Assembly (NCBI RefSeq): GCF_006345805.1
Contig: NC_042998.1
Span: forward strand, 83,266,001-83,330,000
DNA: 64,000 nt
Reading direction: 5' to 3'
DNA from: Octopus sinensis
Taxonomy: Eukaryota
Of the stretch, positions 1 to 15,509 are shown one piece after another. The position numbers and the translations under genes were made by a program. Positions within the stretch are counted from its first letter, which is position 1; each line of letters begins with the position of its first letter. A model generated the notes under the pieces. That model did no database searches and was not told the origin of the DNA. It worked only from the letters and a program-made list of their open reading frames with translations.

Positions 1-459
1 TACAGTTTCACAAGATCAGTTGAGGCTGTTGTGACAAATATTCTTTTACTACTCAATTATTTTTTTTTTTTTTAAGATCTTATGTCTTGTCTCTGAATTA
101 ACACTTACAGATCATATCAGTTTCTGCTGAATTCATTTTTCTCTGTGTATACATTTATTCATTTTTCCCTCAGATTCACACAATTTACATTTCGCTGTAA
201 CTGTGGATTGCAATTTTTGTCACATTATAGTAGCTGCCAATATTAATTTTAAGACACACTTACCTAGCAGCTCTTCACTCCATACTTGTCAAGCTCAGTG
301 TTAACTAAAATTTATATGCATAGGTTTCTTCACAAGTCTCTTCTAAGCTTCAAACAAATTGTACAAGACATATATATTGAATAAGTAACAATAGGCAGTA
401 CTTTCTTTTCAAGTGCAGTAGCATTTAACTTACAATTTTATTTCATGATTTAACTCTTT

Positions 460-1271
460 TATATGTATATATGTATATGTATATACGTATATATGTAAGT
501 GCATATGTATATGTATATATGTAAGTATATATGTATATGTATATATGTATGTATATGTATGAATGTATATGTATATATGTATGTGCATATGTGTATATGC
601 ATATGTGTATATGCATATGTGTATATACACAAGCGATGTTGGAGGGACAAACACAGACACACAAACATATACACACACATACATATATATATATATATAC
701 ACACACATACACTCATATATACGACGGGCTTCTTTCAGTTTCCGTCTACCAAATCTACTCACAAAGCTTTGGTCGGCCCGAGGCTATAGTAGAAGGCACT
801 TGCCCAAGGTGCCACGCAGTGGGACTGATCCCGGACCCATGTAGCTCGTAAGCAAGCAACTTACCATACAGCCACTCCTACGCCTATGTATGTATATGTG
901 TATGTATATATATGTATATGTGTATATGTATATATGTATATGTGTATATGTATATGTGTATATGTATATGTATACATGTATATGTATACATGTATATGTA
1001 TACATGTATATGTATGTATATGTATGTATATATATATGTATATGTATGTATATGTATGTATATATATATGTATATGTATGTATATGTATGTATATATATA
1101 TGTATATGTATGTATATGTATGTATATATTATGTATATGTATGTTATGTATGTATATGTATGTATATGTATGTATATATGTATGTATATATATATGTATA
1201 CGTATATATATGTATATATATATAATGTATATATTATATGTATATATATATATGTATATATATATTATATG

Positions 1272-1334
<63 letters not shown>

Positions 1335-1492
1335 GTATATATATATATGTATATGTATATATATGTATATATATATATGTATATATGTATATGTATATAT
1401 ATGTATATATATATATTATGTATATATATATATATGTATATATTATATATGTATATTATAATATATATATGTATAATATATATATGTATATA

Positions 1493-1525
<33 letters not shown>

Positions 1526-1814
1526 GTATATGTATATGTGTATATGTGTATATATAATATGTATAGTATATGTATATATATGTATATGTATATGTATAGT
1601 ATATATATTGTATATATATATATGTATATAATATATGTATATATATATATATATGTGTATATATATATGTATATATATATATATATATGTATATGTATAT
1701 TGTATATGTATATATATATGTATATTATATATATAGTATATGATATATATATATGTATATATATATATTATATGATATATATATATATGTATATATATAT
1801 ATGTATAATATATG

Positions 1815-1847
<33 letters not shown>

Positions 1848-1860
1848 GTATATATATATG

Positions 1861-1891
<31 letters not shown>

Positions 1892-4800
1892 GATATGTAT
1901 ATATATATATGTATATATATATATGTAATATATATATGTATATATATATATATATGTATATGTGTATATATATTATGTATATATGTGTATATATATGTAT
2001 ATATATATGTGTGTATTATATATGTGTTATATATATGTATATATATGTGTGTATATATATGTGTGTATATATATGTGTATATATATGTGTATATGTGTAT
2101 ATATATGTGTATATATATGTGTATATATATATATATATGTGTATATATATGTGTATATATATATATATATGTGTATATATATGTGTATATATATGTATAT
2201 ATATATATGTATATATGTATATATATATGTATATATATATATGTATATATGTATATGTGTGTATATGTGTATATATATGTATATGTGTATATATATGTAT
2301 ATGTGTGTATATGTGTATATATATGTATATGTGTATATATATGTATATGTGTATATATATGTGTATATATGTTATATATATTATGTATAATATGTATGTA
2401 TATATATGTATGTGTATATGTATGTATATATATATATGTGTAATATATGTATATATATATATATGTGTATATATCTGTATATATGTATATGTATATATAT
2501 ATGTATATGTATATGTATATGTATATAGTATATATAATTGTATATATATAATATATATATATATAGTGTATATTATAATGTATGTATATGTATATATATA
2601 ATGTATGTATATGTATATATATATATGTATGTATATATATATATGTATGTATATGTATATATATATATGTATGTATATGTATATATATATGTGTATGTAT
2701 ATGTATATATGTATGTATATGTATATATATATGTATGTATATGTATATGTATTATATGTATATATATATGTATGTATATGTATATATATGGTATGGTATG
2801 TATATTATGTATATTATAATATATTGTTAATTGTATGTGTATATTTATGTATATATGTATGTATATGTATATATATATGTGTATGTATATGTATATGTAT
2901 ATATATTGGATGTATATGTATATATAATTATATATATGTATATATATGTGTATGTATATGTATATAATATATATATATATGTTATATATATAATGTATGT
3001 ATATGTATATATATATGTGTATATATGTATATATATATGTGTATATATATGTATATATATGTGTATATATATGTATATATATATGTGTAGTATGTATGTA
3101 TGTATATGTATATGTATGTATATGTATATTATGTATATATATATATATGTATGTGTATATATATATGTATATATTAGTATGTGTATATATTGTATGTTAT
3201 ATATATGTATATATATATATATGTGTATATATATGTATATAATGTATCTGTATATATGTATATGTATATATGTATATGTATATATATATATGTATATTAT
3301 GTATCTGTATATATATATGTATATGTATATGTATATGTATATATATATGTATATATATATGTATATATATATATATATATATATGATTATATATATGTAT
3401 ATATATATGTATATATATATGTATATATATATATAATATATATGTATATATATATGTTGTATCTTTAGTATATATATATATATATATGTATATATTATTA
3501 TATATATGTAGTATATCTAGTATATAATATGTATGTATATGTATATAATATATATATGTATATGTATATGTATATATATATATTATATGTATATATATGT
3601 ATATATATATGTGTATATATATGTGTATTATATGTATATATATATGTGATATATATGTGATATATAGATTTGTATATATATGTGTATATATATGTATATA
3701 TATATGATGTATATATATGTATATATATATGTGTATATCTATGTATATATATATATGTGTATATATATGTATATATATAGTATGTATATGATATATGGAT
3801 ATATATATGTATATATATGTGTATATATATGTGTATATATATGTGATATATATAGTATATATTATGTGTATATATATGTGTATATATATGTGATATATAT
3901 GTTGTATATATATGTATATTATATGTGTATATATATGTATATGTGTATATATATATATAGTGTATATATATATATGTGTATATTATATATATGTGTATAT
4001 ATATATATATGTTATATACTATTATATATGTGTATATGTATATATATATATATGTGTATATGTATATATATATATATGTGTATATATATATATATGTGTA
4101 TATATATATATATGTGGATATATATATATATGTGGTATTATATATATATAATGTGTATATATATATATATATGGTATATGTATATTATATATATATATGT
4201 GTATATATATATATATGTGTATATGTTATATATATATATGTGTATATGTATATATATATATATGTGTATATGTATATATATATATGTGTATATGTATATA
4301 TATATATGTGTATATGTATATGTATATATATATGTGTATATGTATATGTATATATATATGTGTATATGTATATGTATATATATATGTGTATATGTATATG
4401 TATATATATGTGTATATGTATATGTATATATATATGTGTATATATATATGTGTATATGTATATGTATATATATATGTGTATATGTATATGTATATATATA
4501 TGTGTATATGTATATGTATATATATATGTGTATATGTATATGTATATCATATATTGATATGTATATATATATGTGTATATTAGTATGTATACTAATATGT
4601 ATATGGTATATGTATATATTATGTGTATAGTATGTATTATATATATATTGTGTATGTATATATATTATATTGTGTATATGTATATGGGTAGGTGTATATG
4701 TATATGTATATAATATGTGTATATGTATATGTGTATGTATGTGTATATGTAGATGTGTATATGTATATGTATATGTGTATTGTATATGTATATGTGTATA

Positions 4801-7800
4801 TGTATATGTATTGTGTATGTGTATATGTATATGTATATATATGTGTATAGTTATATTATATGTGTATATGTAATAGTATATATGTGTATATGTTATATAT
4901 AATATGTGTATATATATGTATATATATATATGTGGTATATGTATATATAATATGTGTGTGTATTATATATATATGGTGTGTATATGTATTATATATGTGT
5001 GTGTATATGTATATATATGTGTGTATATGTATATATATATATGTGTATATTATATATATATGTGTGTATATGTATATATATATATGTGTGTATATATATA
5101 TATATATGTGTGTATATGTATATGTATATAATTATATATGTGTATATGTGTATATATGTATATAATTATATATGTGTATATGTGTATATATGTATATGTG
5201 TATATATATATGTGTGTGTATATATATATGTGTGTGTATATATATATGTGTGTATATATATATATGTATATATGTATATGTGTATATATATATATGTATA
5301 TGTGTATATGTATATATGTATATATGTGTGTGTATATGTATATATGTATATATGTGTGTATATATATATTATATGTATATGTGTATATGTATATATATGT
5401 ATGTATATATATGTGTGTATATGTGTGTATATATATGTATATATGTGTGTATATATATATATGTATATATATGTGTGTATATATATATATGTATATATGT
5501 GTGTATATATATATATGTATATATGTGTGTATATATATATATGTATATATGTGTATATGTATATATGTGTATATGTATATATATGTATATGTATATATAT
5601 ATATATGTATATATATATATGTGTATGTATATGTATATGTGTATATATGTATATATATATGTGTATATATATGTATATATATATATGTGATATATATGTA
5701 TATGTATATGTGTATATATATATATGTATATATATATGTATATATATATATGTGTATATTATATATATGTATATATGTATATATAATATAGTGTATAATA
5801 TGTATGTGTATATTAATGTATATGTGTATATATATGTATATGTGTATATATATGTATATGTTGTATATATATGTATATGTATATGTGTATATATATGTAT
5901 ATGTATATGTGTATTATAATGTATATATGTATATATATATATGTATATATATGTGTATATATATATATGTGTATATATATTATGTGTATATATATTGTAT
6001 ATATATTGATATGTGTATATATATGTATATGTATATATATGTATTGTATATATATGTATATATATATTTATATATATATATATGTATTATATATAATGTA
6101 TATATATATATGTATATATATATGTGTATATATAATATGTGTATATATTTGTATATATATGTGTATATATATATATGTGTATATATATGTGTATATATAT
6201 ATATGTGTATATATATGTGTATATATATGTGTATATATATATGTATATATATATGTATATAATTATATATGTATATATATATATGTATATATATATATGT
6301 ATATATAATATTGTATATATGTATATGTGTATATGTATATGTGTATATGTATACGTGTATATGTATATGTGTATATGTATATGTATATGTGTATATGTGT
6401 ATATATATGTATATGTATATGTATATGTATATATATATGTGTATGTATATGTATATGTATATGTATATATATATGTGTATATATATGTATATGTATATAT
6501 ATATGTGTATATGTATATGTATATATATATGTGTATATATATGTGTATATATATGTGTATATATATGTGTATATATATATATGTGTGTATATATATGTGT
6601 ATATATATGTGTATATATATATGTGTATATGTGTATATATATATGTATATATATATGTATATATGTGTATATATGTATATATGTGTATATATATATATGT
6701 GTATATATATATATGTGTATATATTATGATATATATTATGTGTATATATATATGTATATATATGTATGTGTTATATATATGTATATATATATGTATGTGT
6801 ATATATAGTATGTGTATATTATATATGTATATAATGTATGTGTATATATATATGTATATATATGTATGTGTATATATATGTATATATATGTATGTGTATA
6901 TATATATGTAATATTATGTATGTGTATATATATGTATGTGTATTATATATGTTATATATATGTATGTGTATATATATTGTATATATATGTATGTGTTATA
7001 ATATATGTTATATATATGTATGTGTATATAATATTATATATATATATGTATGTATATATATATGTATATATATATTATGTGTTATATTATGTATGTGTAT
7101 ATATGTATGTGTATATAATGTATGGTATATATATATGTATGTGTATATATATATGTATATGTATGTGTATATATATATGTATATGTATGTGTATATATAT
7201 ATGTATATGTATGTGTATATATATATGTATATATATATGTATGTGTGTATATATATGTATATATATATGTATGTGTGTATATATATATGTATATATATAT
7301 GTATGTGTGTATATATATATGTATATATATATGTATGTGTATATATATATGTATATATATATGTATGTGTATATATATATGTATGTGTATATATATGTAT
7401 ATATATATGTATATGTATATATATATGTATATATATATGTATGTGTATATATATATGTATGTGTATATATATATGTATATATATATGTATGTGTATATAT
7501 ATATGTATATATATATGTATGTGTATGTATATATGTATATATATATGTATGTGTATGTATATATGTATATATATATGTATGTGTATGTATATATATGTAT
7601 ATATATATGTATGTGTATGTATATATATATGTATGTGTATATATATATATGTATGTGTATATATATATGTATGTGTATATATATATATGTATGTGTATAT
7701 ATATATATGTATGTGTATATATATATGTATGTGTATATATATATGTATGTGTGTGTATATATATATGTTTATATATATATATGTATGTGTATATATATAT

Positions 7801-8355
7801 GTATATATATATATGTATGTGTATATATATATGTATATATATATGTATGTGTATATATATGTGTGTATATATATGTATGTGTATATATATGTATGTGTAT
7901 ATATATGTGTGTATATATATGTATGTGTATATATGTGTGTGTATATATATGTATGTGTATATATATGTATGTGTATATATATGTGTGTATATATATATGT
8001 GTGTGTATATATATGTATGTGTATATATATGTGTGTATATATATATGTGTATATATATATGTGTATATATGTGCGTGTATATATATGTGTGTATATATAT
8101 GTGTCTGTATATATATGTGTGTATATATGTGTGTGTGTATATATATGTGTGTATATATATGTGTGTATGTATATGTGTGTATATGCATATATATATGTGT
8201 GTATATGCATATATATATGTGTGTATATGCATATATATATGTGCGTATATATATGTGTATATGCATATATATATATGTGTGTGTATATATATGTGTATAT
8301 GCATATATATGTGTGTGTATATATATATGTATGTGTGTGAGTGTGTATATAAAAG

Positions 8356-8386
<31 letters not shown>

Positions 8387-8417
8387 GTGTGTGTACATGC
8401 GTAAGTATATATCTGTG

Positions 8418-8453
<36 letters not shown>

Positions 8454-8466
8454 CGTATATATATAT
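460..8466. repeat. Giant compound (TA)n/(TATG)n/(TG)n microsatellite array (~8 kb)
   Basis: Near-continuous alternating purine/pyrimidine sequence, with C almost absent from the + strand over several kb. Interrupted only by a SINE at 630-885. Confidence 0.98.
630..885 (-). mobile_element. tRNA-derived SINE (family A)
   Basis: Minus strand reads aggcgtaggagtggctgtatggtaag (A-box-like), gggatcagtccc (B-box-like), ccttgggcaagtg, ggtagacggaaactgaaagaagcccgtcg, then a TA/TG tail. Related copies recur through the window. Confidence 0.85.
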
Positions 8467-9599
8467 AAATGCAATGCTGTTTTCACTGAGGTGTTGCTCA
8501 ATTTAATTTTCTTTTTCTTTGAAGTTTCTTGTATTAAATTATCTTGCCTTACAAAATGGATTTCTAAGTTATCGCTCAACTTGAGGAAAAGCTAATAGTT
8601 ACAGTTTGTTAGTTTTAGTTTGTATTTTTATCTCATGTATTAGAATGCAGCTGGTCCTAAGATTTTTCAGTTTCTTTTTAATGAAATGTATCAGTATTTA
8701 ATTTGAAGTAAATATTGATGCAAGACTAAGTTATCCCAAGTTTTAAACTCACTAAACACAACACACTGTATGCTTTATGTTTGCTGAACTCAACCACTGC
8801 CATAGTCCAGAAGCTTTAAAACATTGATTAAAATATATTTAATACTTTGAATATGTTTACCTCTCCCCAGCTAACTTCTATAGTCCATATCCTGTATACT
8901 GCTTCCTCTTTTTTTTTGTGTATGTGTTTTTTCTCCATGAAAATTGTTGATGTGATGTTTTAACATTCCCAATTCTGTCATTGCCAGAAATAATTTTATG
9001 GGTGGTGGGTAAAGAGATTCCGGATTCACTTGAAGTAGAATGGGTCTCATCAGTTTTAGAGTTGGGTGGCTCATTTTGGGTGGTTAACATTGTTCAGAAT
9101 GCCTGCGGTGATAATTTTTATACTTTTTCAGAACAATCCAATATGAAGAAATTAAGTAGTTGTAAGTCAAATAGGAAAAAATGTATGCCTTTAGATGTAA
9201 TTGAAATTAGTTTCATTCTCTGCACCTTATCACTTGTTTATGTTCATATGGAGGTATTCAGACATATACATCTATAGAAACATTTTTCACTATCATTCCT
9301 TAACAGTTGTCAATTCTTTTCTTTCAATTGTCATATTTTTTTTTGAAGACTTTGTGTGCATTTGTGCAAGCTCACACTCGTATGTGTAAGAGTGTGTATG
9401 TGGATGTGTCTGTCTGTCTTAAATACTCCATCTTTACACACTACTGTCTGTACATCAATCAACTCCTTTTGGCTAAAATCTCACAAAAATGAAAGTACCC
9501 CTCACATATTCAGAAGTCACTTTCAATAAAATATATTTAAAACATATTGTCTGTAGTGTGTAAATAAATAATCATTGCTGTTAATTTATGATAATTTAG

Positions 9600-9620
9600 G
9601 AATCTGGAAGTAAAGTTCAG
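9600..9620 (+). CDS. Candidate 21-nt microexon of endophilin-B (ESGSKVQ)
   Basis: tttag|GAATCTGGAAGTAAAGTTCAG|gtatgt. Length is a multiple of 3 with no stop in phase 0, and the donor is strong. The acceptor pyrimidine tract is weak. Confidence 0.3.
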
Positions 9621-10138
9621 GTATGTATTGCCTTAGTTGGAGAAACCCCACTGTTCAGTTTAGGTAGATCAAAAGATTACTGATCTACTCTGTGTCTGCT
9701 TTGTCATGCTTTAGTGACACTTTTATTGCCTGTTTGCCATAAAGTAACTTTTTTTTTTCATTTATATTTATTTTATCAGTTTCTTCGCCCCCATCTATGT
9801 CTTAGAAGTTAAAAAAAAATTGTGTTCCTTGTTCACTTGCCTTTTGTTGTTTGCTGTCTGTTGGTGCTGCCAACTTTAATTAGTATAGTGCAATTTACAT
9901 TTAATATAATTCAGTTGTCACATTTTTTTTTAATTCTTGAGTAAATAACTCTTTAGGAAGTAACTTCTTATTTTGTTCTATAACATGTTTTTCTTATTTA
10001 CCCTGGCACAAACTGAATGCAATAGGCCTACATCTTATGGTTTAATTTACCTATGTAGATACCTGTGTTTTTTGTTTTGGGGAGTTTTTCCAATATCTTT
10101 CTTATGTATGTGTGTGTGTGTGTGTGTATTTAAATATG

Positions 10139-10184
<46 letters not shown>

Positions 10185-12189
10185 CAATCATTTCACTTTG
10201 ATTCTTAATTTTTATGCACTGATCACTTGAGTTAGTTAGCTGTCATTAACATTTTCTCTCACCATAATAAACACAGAATTCTTGTTATGATTCAGTTTTC
10301 TTTGTTCATGTTTAAAATGAATATTTATTTTCTTGATCTCACTGAATCAGATGTATATTTGTTGTCTAAATAATGTATCCAACAATTTGGGTTATTTGCT
10401 TTGGGTTTTTTTTTTTCTATCTCCCCTAATACAAAATCTTTTAAAATCTGTTTGTGACTACTCTTAATGCTGTACTAATGAATTTCCTTAAAAATTTTAC
10501 CATCCAAAGAATTAGTGTTGTTGTGAGCACAATGAAACTGGTTTCTTTTGATTCTTTGTACTTTTCTGTATCTTAGGTATATTTCTTTCATGTTTATAGT
10601 TGAAAAAGATGCTAAATTAAATAACAGCTAGAAACTAGTCAGAAGTATTAATGTTTTCTGCTATTTTAACTTCTTGGGAATTTTGTTGAACCTCCTTTTT
10701 TAATTTGGTCTTTAATGTTCCTTACTGAGTGGTTAACTTTCATAGATCTATTCCCCCTTTTTTTTTCTTTTATAATCTACAAACTTTTAATGGAACTCCT
10801 GTGCACATTTGGGTATACTGCATATGGTCCATGTGTGTGTTTTGAGGTGAGTCAAAAAATGCCAGGGTATTTAGAAAGTTTAACTGTTTTGAATGCACTG
10901 TACAAGTGCATTTGTGCTAGTGCACTGCACTTGTGCATTTCTATTCCTTTGTGGCAGAGTGCAATATCTGCACTAATTTTTTAAAGCCATTTTAATACTG
11001 GTTTCTTTATAGAAAACATTTAAAAAGCTGATGGTGTGCCATAACAGTTTTAGTGCTTTGTTCAGTGTTCTGTAGATTGAAGAAATGGTTGAAAATCACT
11101 TATAAAAAATTAAGAAAATAATCTGCGGATTATTTTCTTGATTGTTTATATTTTATTTGGCTGCTTTTAAGCATTTAAGCTGGTTACTTTTCAGTCTTTG
11201 AATTGAGTTTTAGTGTCATTGTAATGATTCATCAAAATATATATCTTCCAATCAGAGATTTTTAGGGTTTTTTCCTAATTTAAAACAAAGCAGTGATAGG
11301 GGATGGTTCTTTCTTTAGTTATTAAGTTGTATTTATAAGTAGAAAAATTCTCTGAATGTTAGGCTATATTTTTATTAACAATATAGATGAGAGGTAAACC
11401 ACCAAAGGATTAGCATGGCCCATGTAAGAATGGCTCACAAATTCATGAAACATTTCATTTTTTTTTTTGGTCCCAGGTAAGACTTTAAACTGCATCTTGT
11501 AATGGGGCCTTTGTATGGGCCTTCCAGGATTTTGAGGAGTATCTTAGCCATCATTGTTCTCAGGTATACTCTGACCCAGAGTAATAGCACCTGTTAAGAT
11601 TCCAGCTACTGGCATGTGCACTACCCCCACTTCAAACTCAGGCTACATCTCTTCTGATAATTAGTGGCAACTTGGTCAAGGAAACCTCTGCAGCAGTCGA
11701 CATTTGACAGCAAGATGGGCTGCTATGGATCATACTGTCCCAAAGTGTGTATGCATGTGACTGAGGACCACATGTGAACTTGTATTCCAACAGAAACTCT
11801 GAATATAAACTCTACACCTCAACAACGAATCATAATTATAGGTACAGTGTCTGCATTGTCCAATGCAATGCTCTCCCAGTAGGGCATTTGTCAAATTTGC
11901 TGGATTGATTTTTGAGCTGCAGACAGAAGCATTTATTTACCTGCTGGAACATTAGGGCCAATTGTCAGATGTGCTCAGCATTCATAAGGGATGTGGTGAA
12001 CTCATTGGTCAAAGCTGGCTCAATCCACATGGATGCTGATGCAAGTACAAGTAGGTACCAAAGAGATATCTATTACAGTCTGAACACAAATACAGAAGGG
12101 TTCCACATATGTCATATAGTAAATTGACAAAAATTTTATCAATTTTTTTAATTTGCTGTATGATATCTATACACACACACACGCATACA

Positions 12190-12240
<51 letters not shown>

Positions 12241-14211
12241 TATAGCTTTATTGATTGGTATTGTCATTTATACAGAAAATCATACAAGTTTTATCCTGTC
12301 TTACTAATAAATCAAAATAGAAAATTGTAATAAGAACAGCAAGAAAATCCATCCTGTGAAAGGGATTTCTTTTTTACTTATTTTTATTTGTAATTATAAA
12401 GCAAAAATTGATAAATTAAAAATATCTAATGTGTATAAATTTTCATGATAATTTATGGATAAATAAAAAAAAAATGACATTGTTTTATTTGGCACCTACA
12501 TGTCTCTGTATCTTCTGTTATCAGTTTATGGTTTGTTGAACTCATTCATTGAGATTTTAGTGTTTTGGTTAAAATACCATGCAGTACTATGACCAATATT
12601 ATAATCTTCCAACCAATTAACATTGGCATGTTGTTACTTTGGCTAACCTGTTTCCAAACTCCTAAACTTCTGAGAAATCTTATTTGTTGCAATGAAGTAC
12701 GAAGTATTTAATTCAATGTTGAGGAAATTCTCTTTTTGAGTATGGTAAGATGTCTAAAAAGTTCTAATCTCTGCTCAAGGATATAATCCTTTTGGTTTTT
12801 GGTTATTTTCTTATGATTAATTTTATCAATTAGAATAAGTTGAGTTCACTTTTATATGTGGAGTGATGGACATGTAGGTGAGATGGAATTGGTTTATCAA
12901 AGAGAGAAGACTTGAACTCCTCTCTGCTGGTTTATTAAACATTTAGCAAATAGACATTACATCCTGTAACTGTTTCACATGAGGAGACTTCTTATACTTA
13001 TGTGTAGCTGTTTACAGCTAAGTAGACTGAGTCCTGAGAAAAGGAGTTAAGTATTAGACTTGCTCACTGTATGGTCTCAGTGATAGGATATGATATTCAT
13101 TAACTCAACTCTTTGTTCATTAATAGATGCACTTTCTCAAATTAGTTAAATGAATTAAGTATTTAATTTGCTGAGAAATAAATTAATTTCTAGAATATTT
13201 TCTTTAATTATTTTTACTCATTTCTAATGAGTTACTTGAGTTGTTTTAAAATTTAATTTCTATAAATTCACTGAAAAATTACTAATTGGCAAACACACTA
13301 GAGAATGTAACTAAATACTTTACTGCACCTAGTCATGTCTTTTACATAGTCTTAGTTCCAAAATGAACTTTTGCCTTTCTATGTTGATAGAATAATTACT
13401 AAAGCAAAGGAAGTCTCATCAAATTCCTAGAATATTTGGCCTTGTGACTATATTCCACAATTTACCTTATAATAACTTGTATCTAAAACTGAAAAATTAT
13501 TTTTTTTAATAGTATTATCCCATTAGAGAAGAATTGCTTTTGTTTAATTTATACCATGTAAATTTTACCCCTACTTCACCACCACCACTTATTTCAAGGC
13601 ATGTTACAAACAAAACTCAGTATTAAGAAAGTTATTAATGATATATTATATATAATGTCATTATATCCTATAGATTGCATGCAGATTTTTAAGCTGTGTT
13701 CTTTTTTTTCTTTCTTTTTTTTTACTAGTGATTTCTAGTTTTTAGTTCTTTACATCTTAACAAAGCTTTTGTTAGCATGATGTAATTTATGTTTGCAGTT
13801 CTGTGGGGAATGGGTTGAGTTATTTGTTTATTTCAATTTTGTTATATTTAATTTTTTGAATTAATTATCTGAAGTGAGTTAAGCTTATGTCTATCAAATT
13901 TGAATCAACCTGGGGGAAAAAAGGGTGATTACTAAAGGACATGACTTGTCTGATTATAAATAATAATGTCAAAATTTTATCTTTTAGTAAATTTTTTTAT
14001 GGAATATCAATAGTAAGCTTTTACAAGATAGCATTATATATATAATGATATCTACTTTTATTATCCTAAATGTGAATCATAACATCATTCTTTACTCACA
14101 TGACAAATTAGCATTTGAATGTATTTCTGACCCTCAGGCATTTAATGCATATAAGACCAAATCAACAGCAATTGTAGTATCAGAGATATGTACGATGCCA
14201 CAAAATAGGCA

Positions 14212-14593
14212 TGTGAAATCATAGTCATGACCAATGCCAGTGTCACATAACTGGCACCCATGCTGGTGGCACATAAAAAGCACCCTTCAAATTTTGGGCC
14301 TCACAGAGACAGTAACAAGTGACCAAGACTCTTGATGATATACTGTACTTGAGAAGACCTGTCAAGCCAAGTGGTCATGGCCAATGCCGGTGTTATATGA
14401 CTGGCACCTGTGTCACTGGCACATAAAAAGCACCCACTGCACTCTTTGAGTGGTTGGGTCTAGGAAGGGCATCTAGCTGTAAAATCCTTGCTAAATCAGA
14501 GTGGAACCTGGTGCAGCTCTCCAGCTTACCAGTTTTTAGTCAAACCATCCAACCCTTGCCAGCATAGAAAGCAGATGTTAAATGATGATGATA
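14212..14593 (+). mobile_element. SINE/retroposon family B (tggcacataaaaagcacc modules, aggaagggcatc core, (GAT)n tail)
   Basis: Shares the core ggcacataaaaagcaccc...taggaagggcatc.agctgta...ccatccaacc...gccagcat.gaaag...ttaaatgatgatgat with at least 8 other copies in the window. Confidence 0.8.
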
Positions 14594-15509
14594 ATAAATA
14601 TCATATTTTGAGAAGTAATGAGTGAAGAATAGACAAAAAATGCTTTGAAATTAGGAAACAGATTGGTTATGGGCTGGTGAATGAGGGAATCCAAGGAAAA
14701 AAATCTCTTTTCAAAACACTTTTGTATGAATCAAAACATGGATGTGTTTTTAATAATCATATATAGTTTATATGCCAAATATTTTCTTCTTGCCTCTTTG
14801 TTATATTGGAGTGTATACTTAATGATTTCATGATTTAAGTTTGATTAAACTTCTGTAGAACTGAGTATTGATTATCAGCCCCTACAATACATAAAAACAC
14901 AAAAGTTTAAAAATTAAAAGCCTTCTTATAGATTTGTTATTTCATAGATATACTTTTTTTCGGCTTTTGCTTTTGGGGTGTGTTTTTTTACCTTTCTAAG
15001 TTGATTATTATTAATTACGAATAATTTGTTTGTAATCTAGAAATTCTCTTTTGTTTTTCTTTTTTTCTTTTTTGCTATTCAGTAGAAATGGATCATCCTC
15101 AAAGTCCTGAAGTTTCTAATTTATCCCCTTTCTTTCTCTGGACTTTTGTCACAGACTTAGATATTTTGGTGTTCTGGGTTTATTGTTTAAGCTGTTGAAT
15201 TTACTGTTTCAATAATATTATTCTTAATGCTTGTGTTTTCACATCTTATGGTTTACTCTATCAAACAGTTCTTCTCATATAAGATATAGTTTTTCTCTTT
15301 CATAACATTTTGAAAATTTAGAAATGTTTACTTATGTTTATTTAACACTTTAGCTTGTTCTTGGGTAGGAAGGTTATATATTTCCGTTTATAGGCTGTTG
15401 TATCATTACAAATCTCATGGATCTGAATGGCCCTACATTCAACAACTCTAAGGTTTGTTTTGTATTCTTAATTAGTTTGTCTTTCTCTACCATGTCCTTT
15501 TAAACAAGT

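Noticed and set aside
430-8595. Dozens of long Y/I/C/M/V/H-rich ORFs (up to 530 aa)
   Set aside because: They are translations of TA/TG microsatellite, which lacks stop codons in most frames. They are open in multiple frames and on both strands, with no protein signature.
11500-12130. Higher-GC stretch with an ORF containing FTCWNIRA, loosely like a LINE endonuclease start (GTWNVR)
   Set aside because: One weak motif only. It may be an old LINE remnant but cannot be supported without a repeat-library search.
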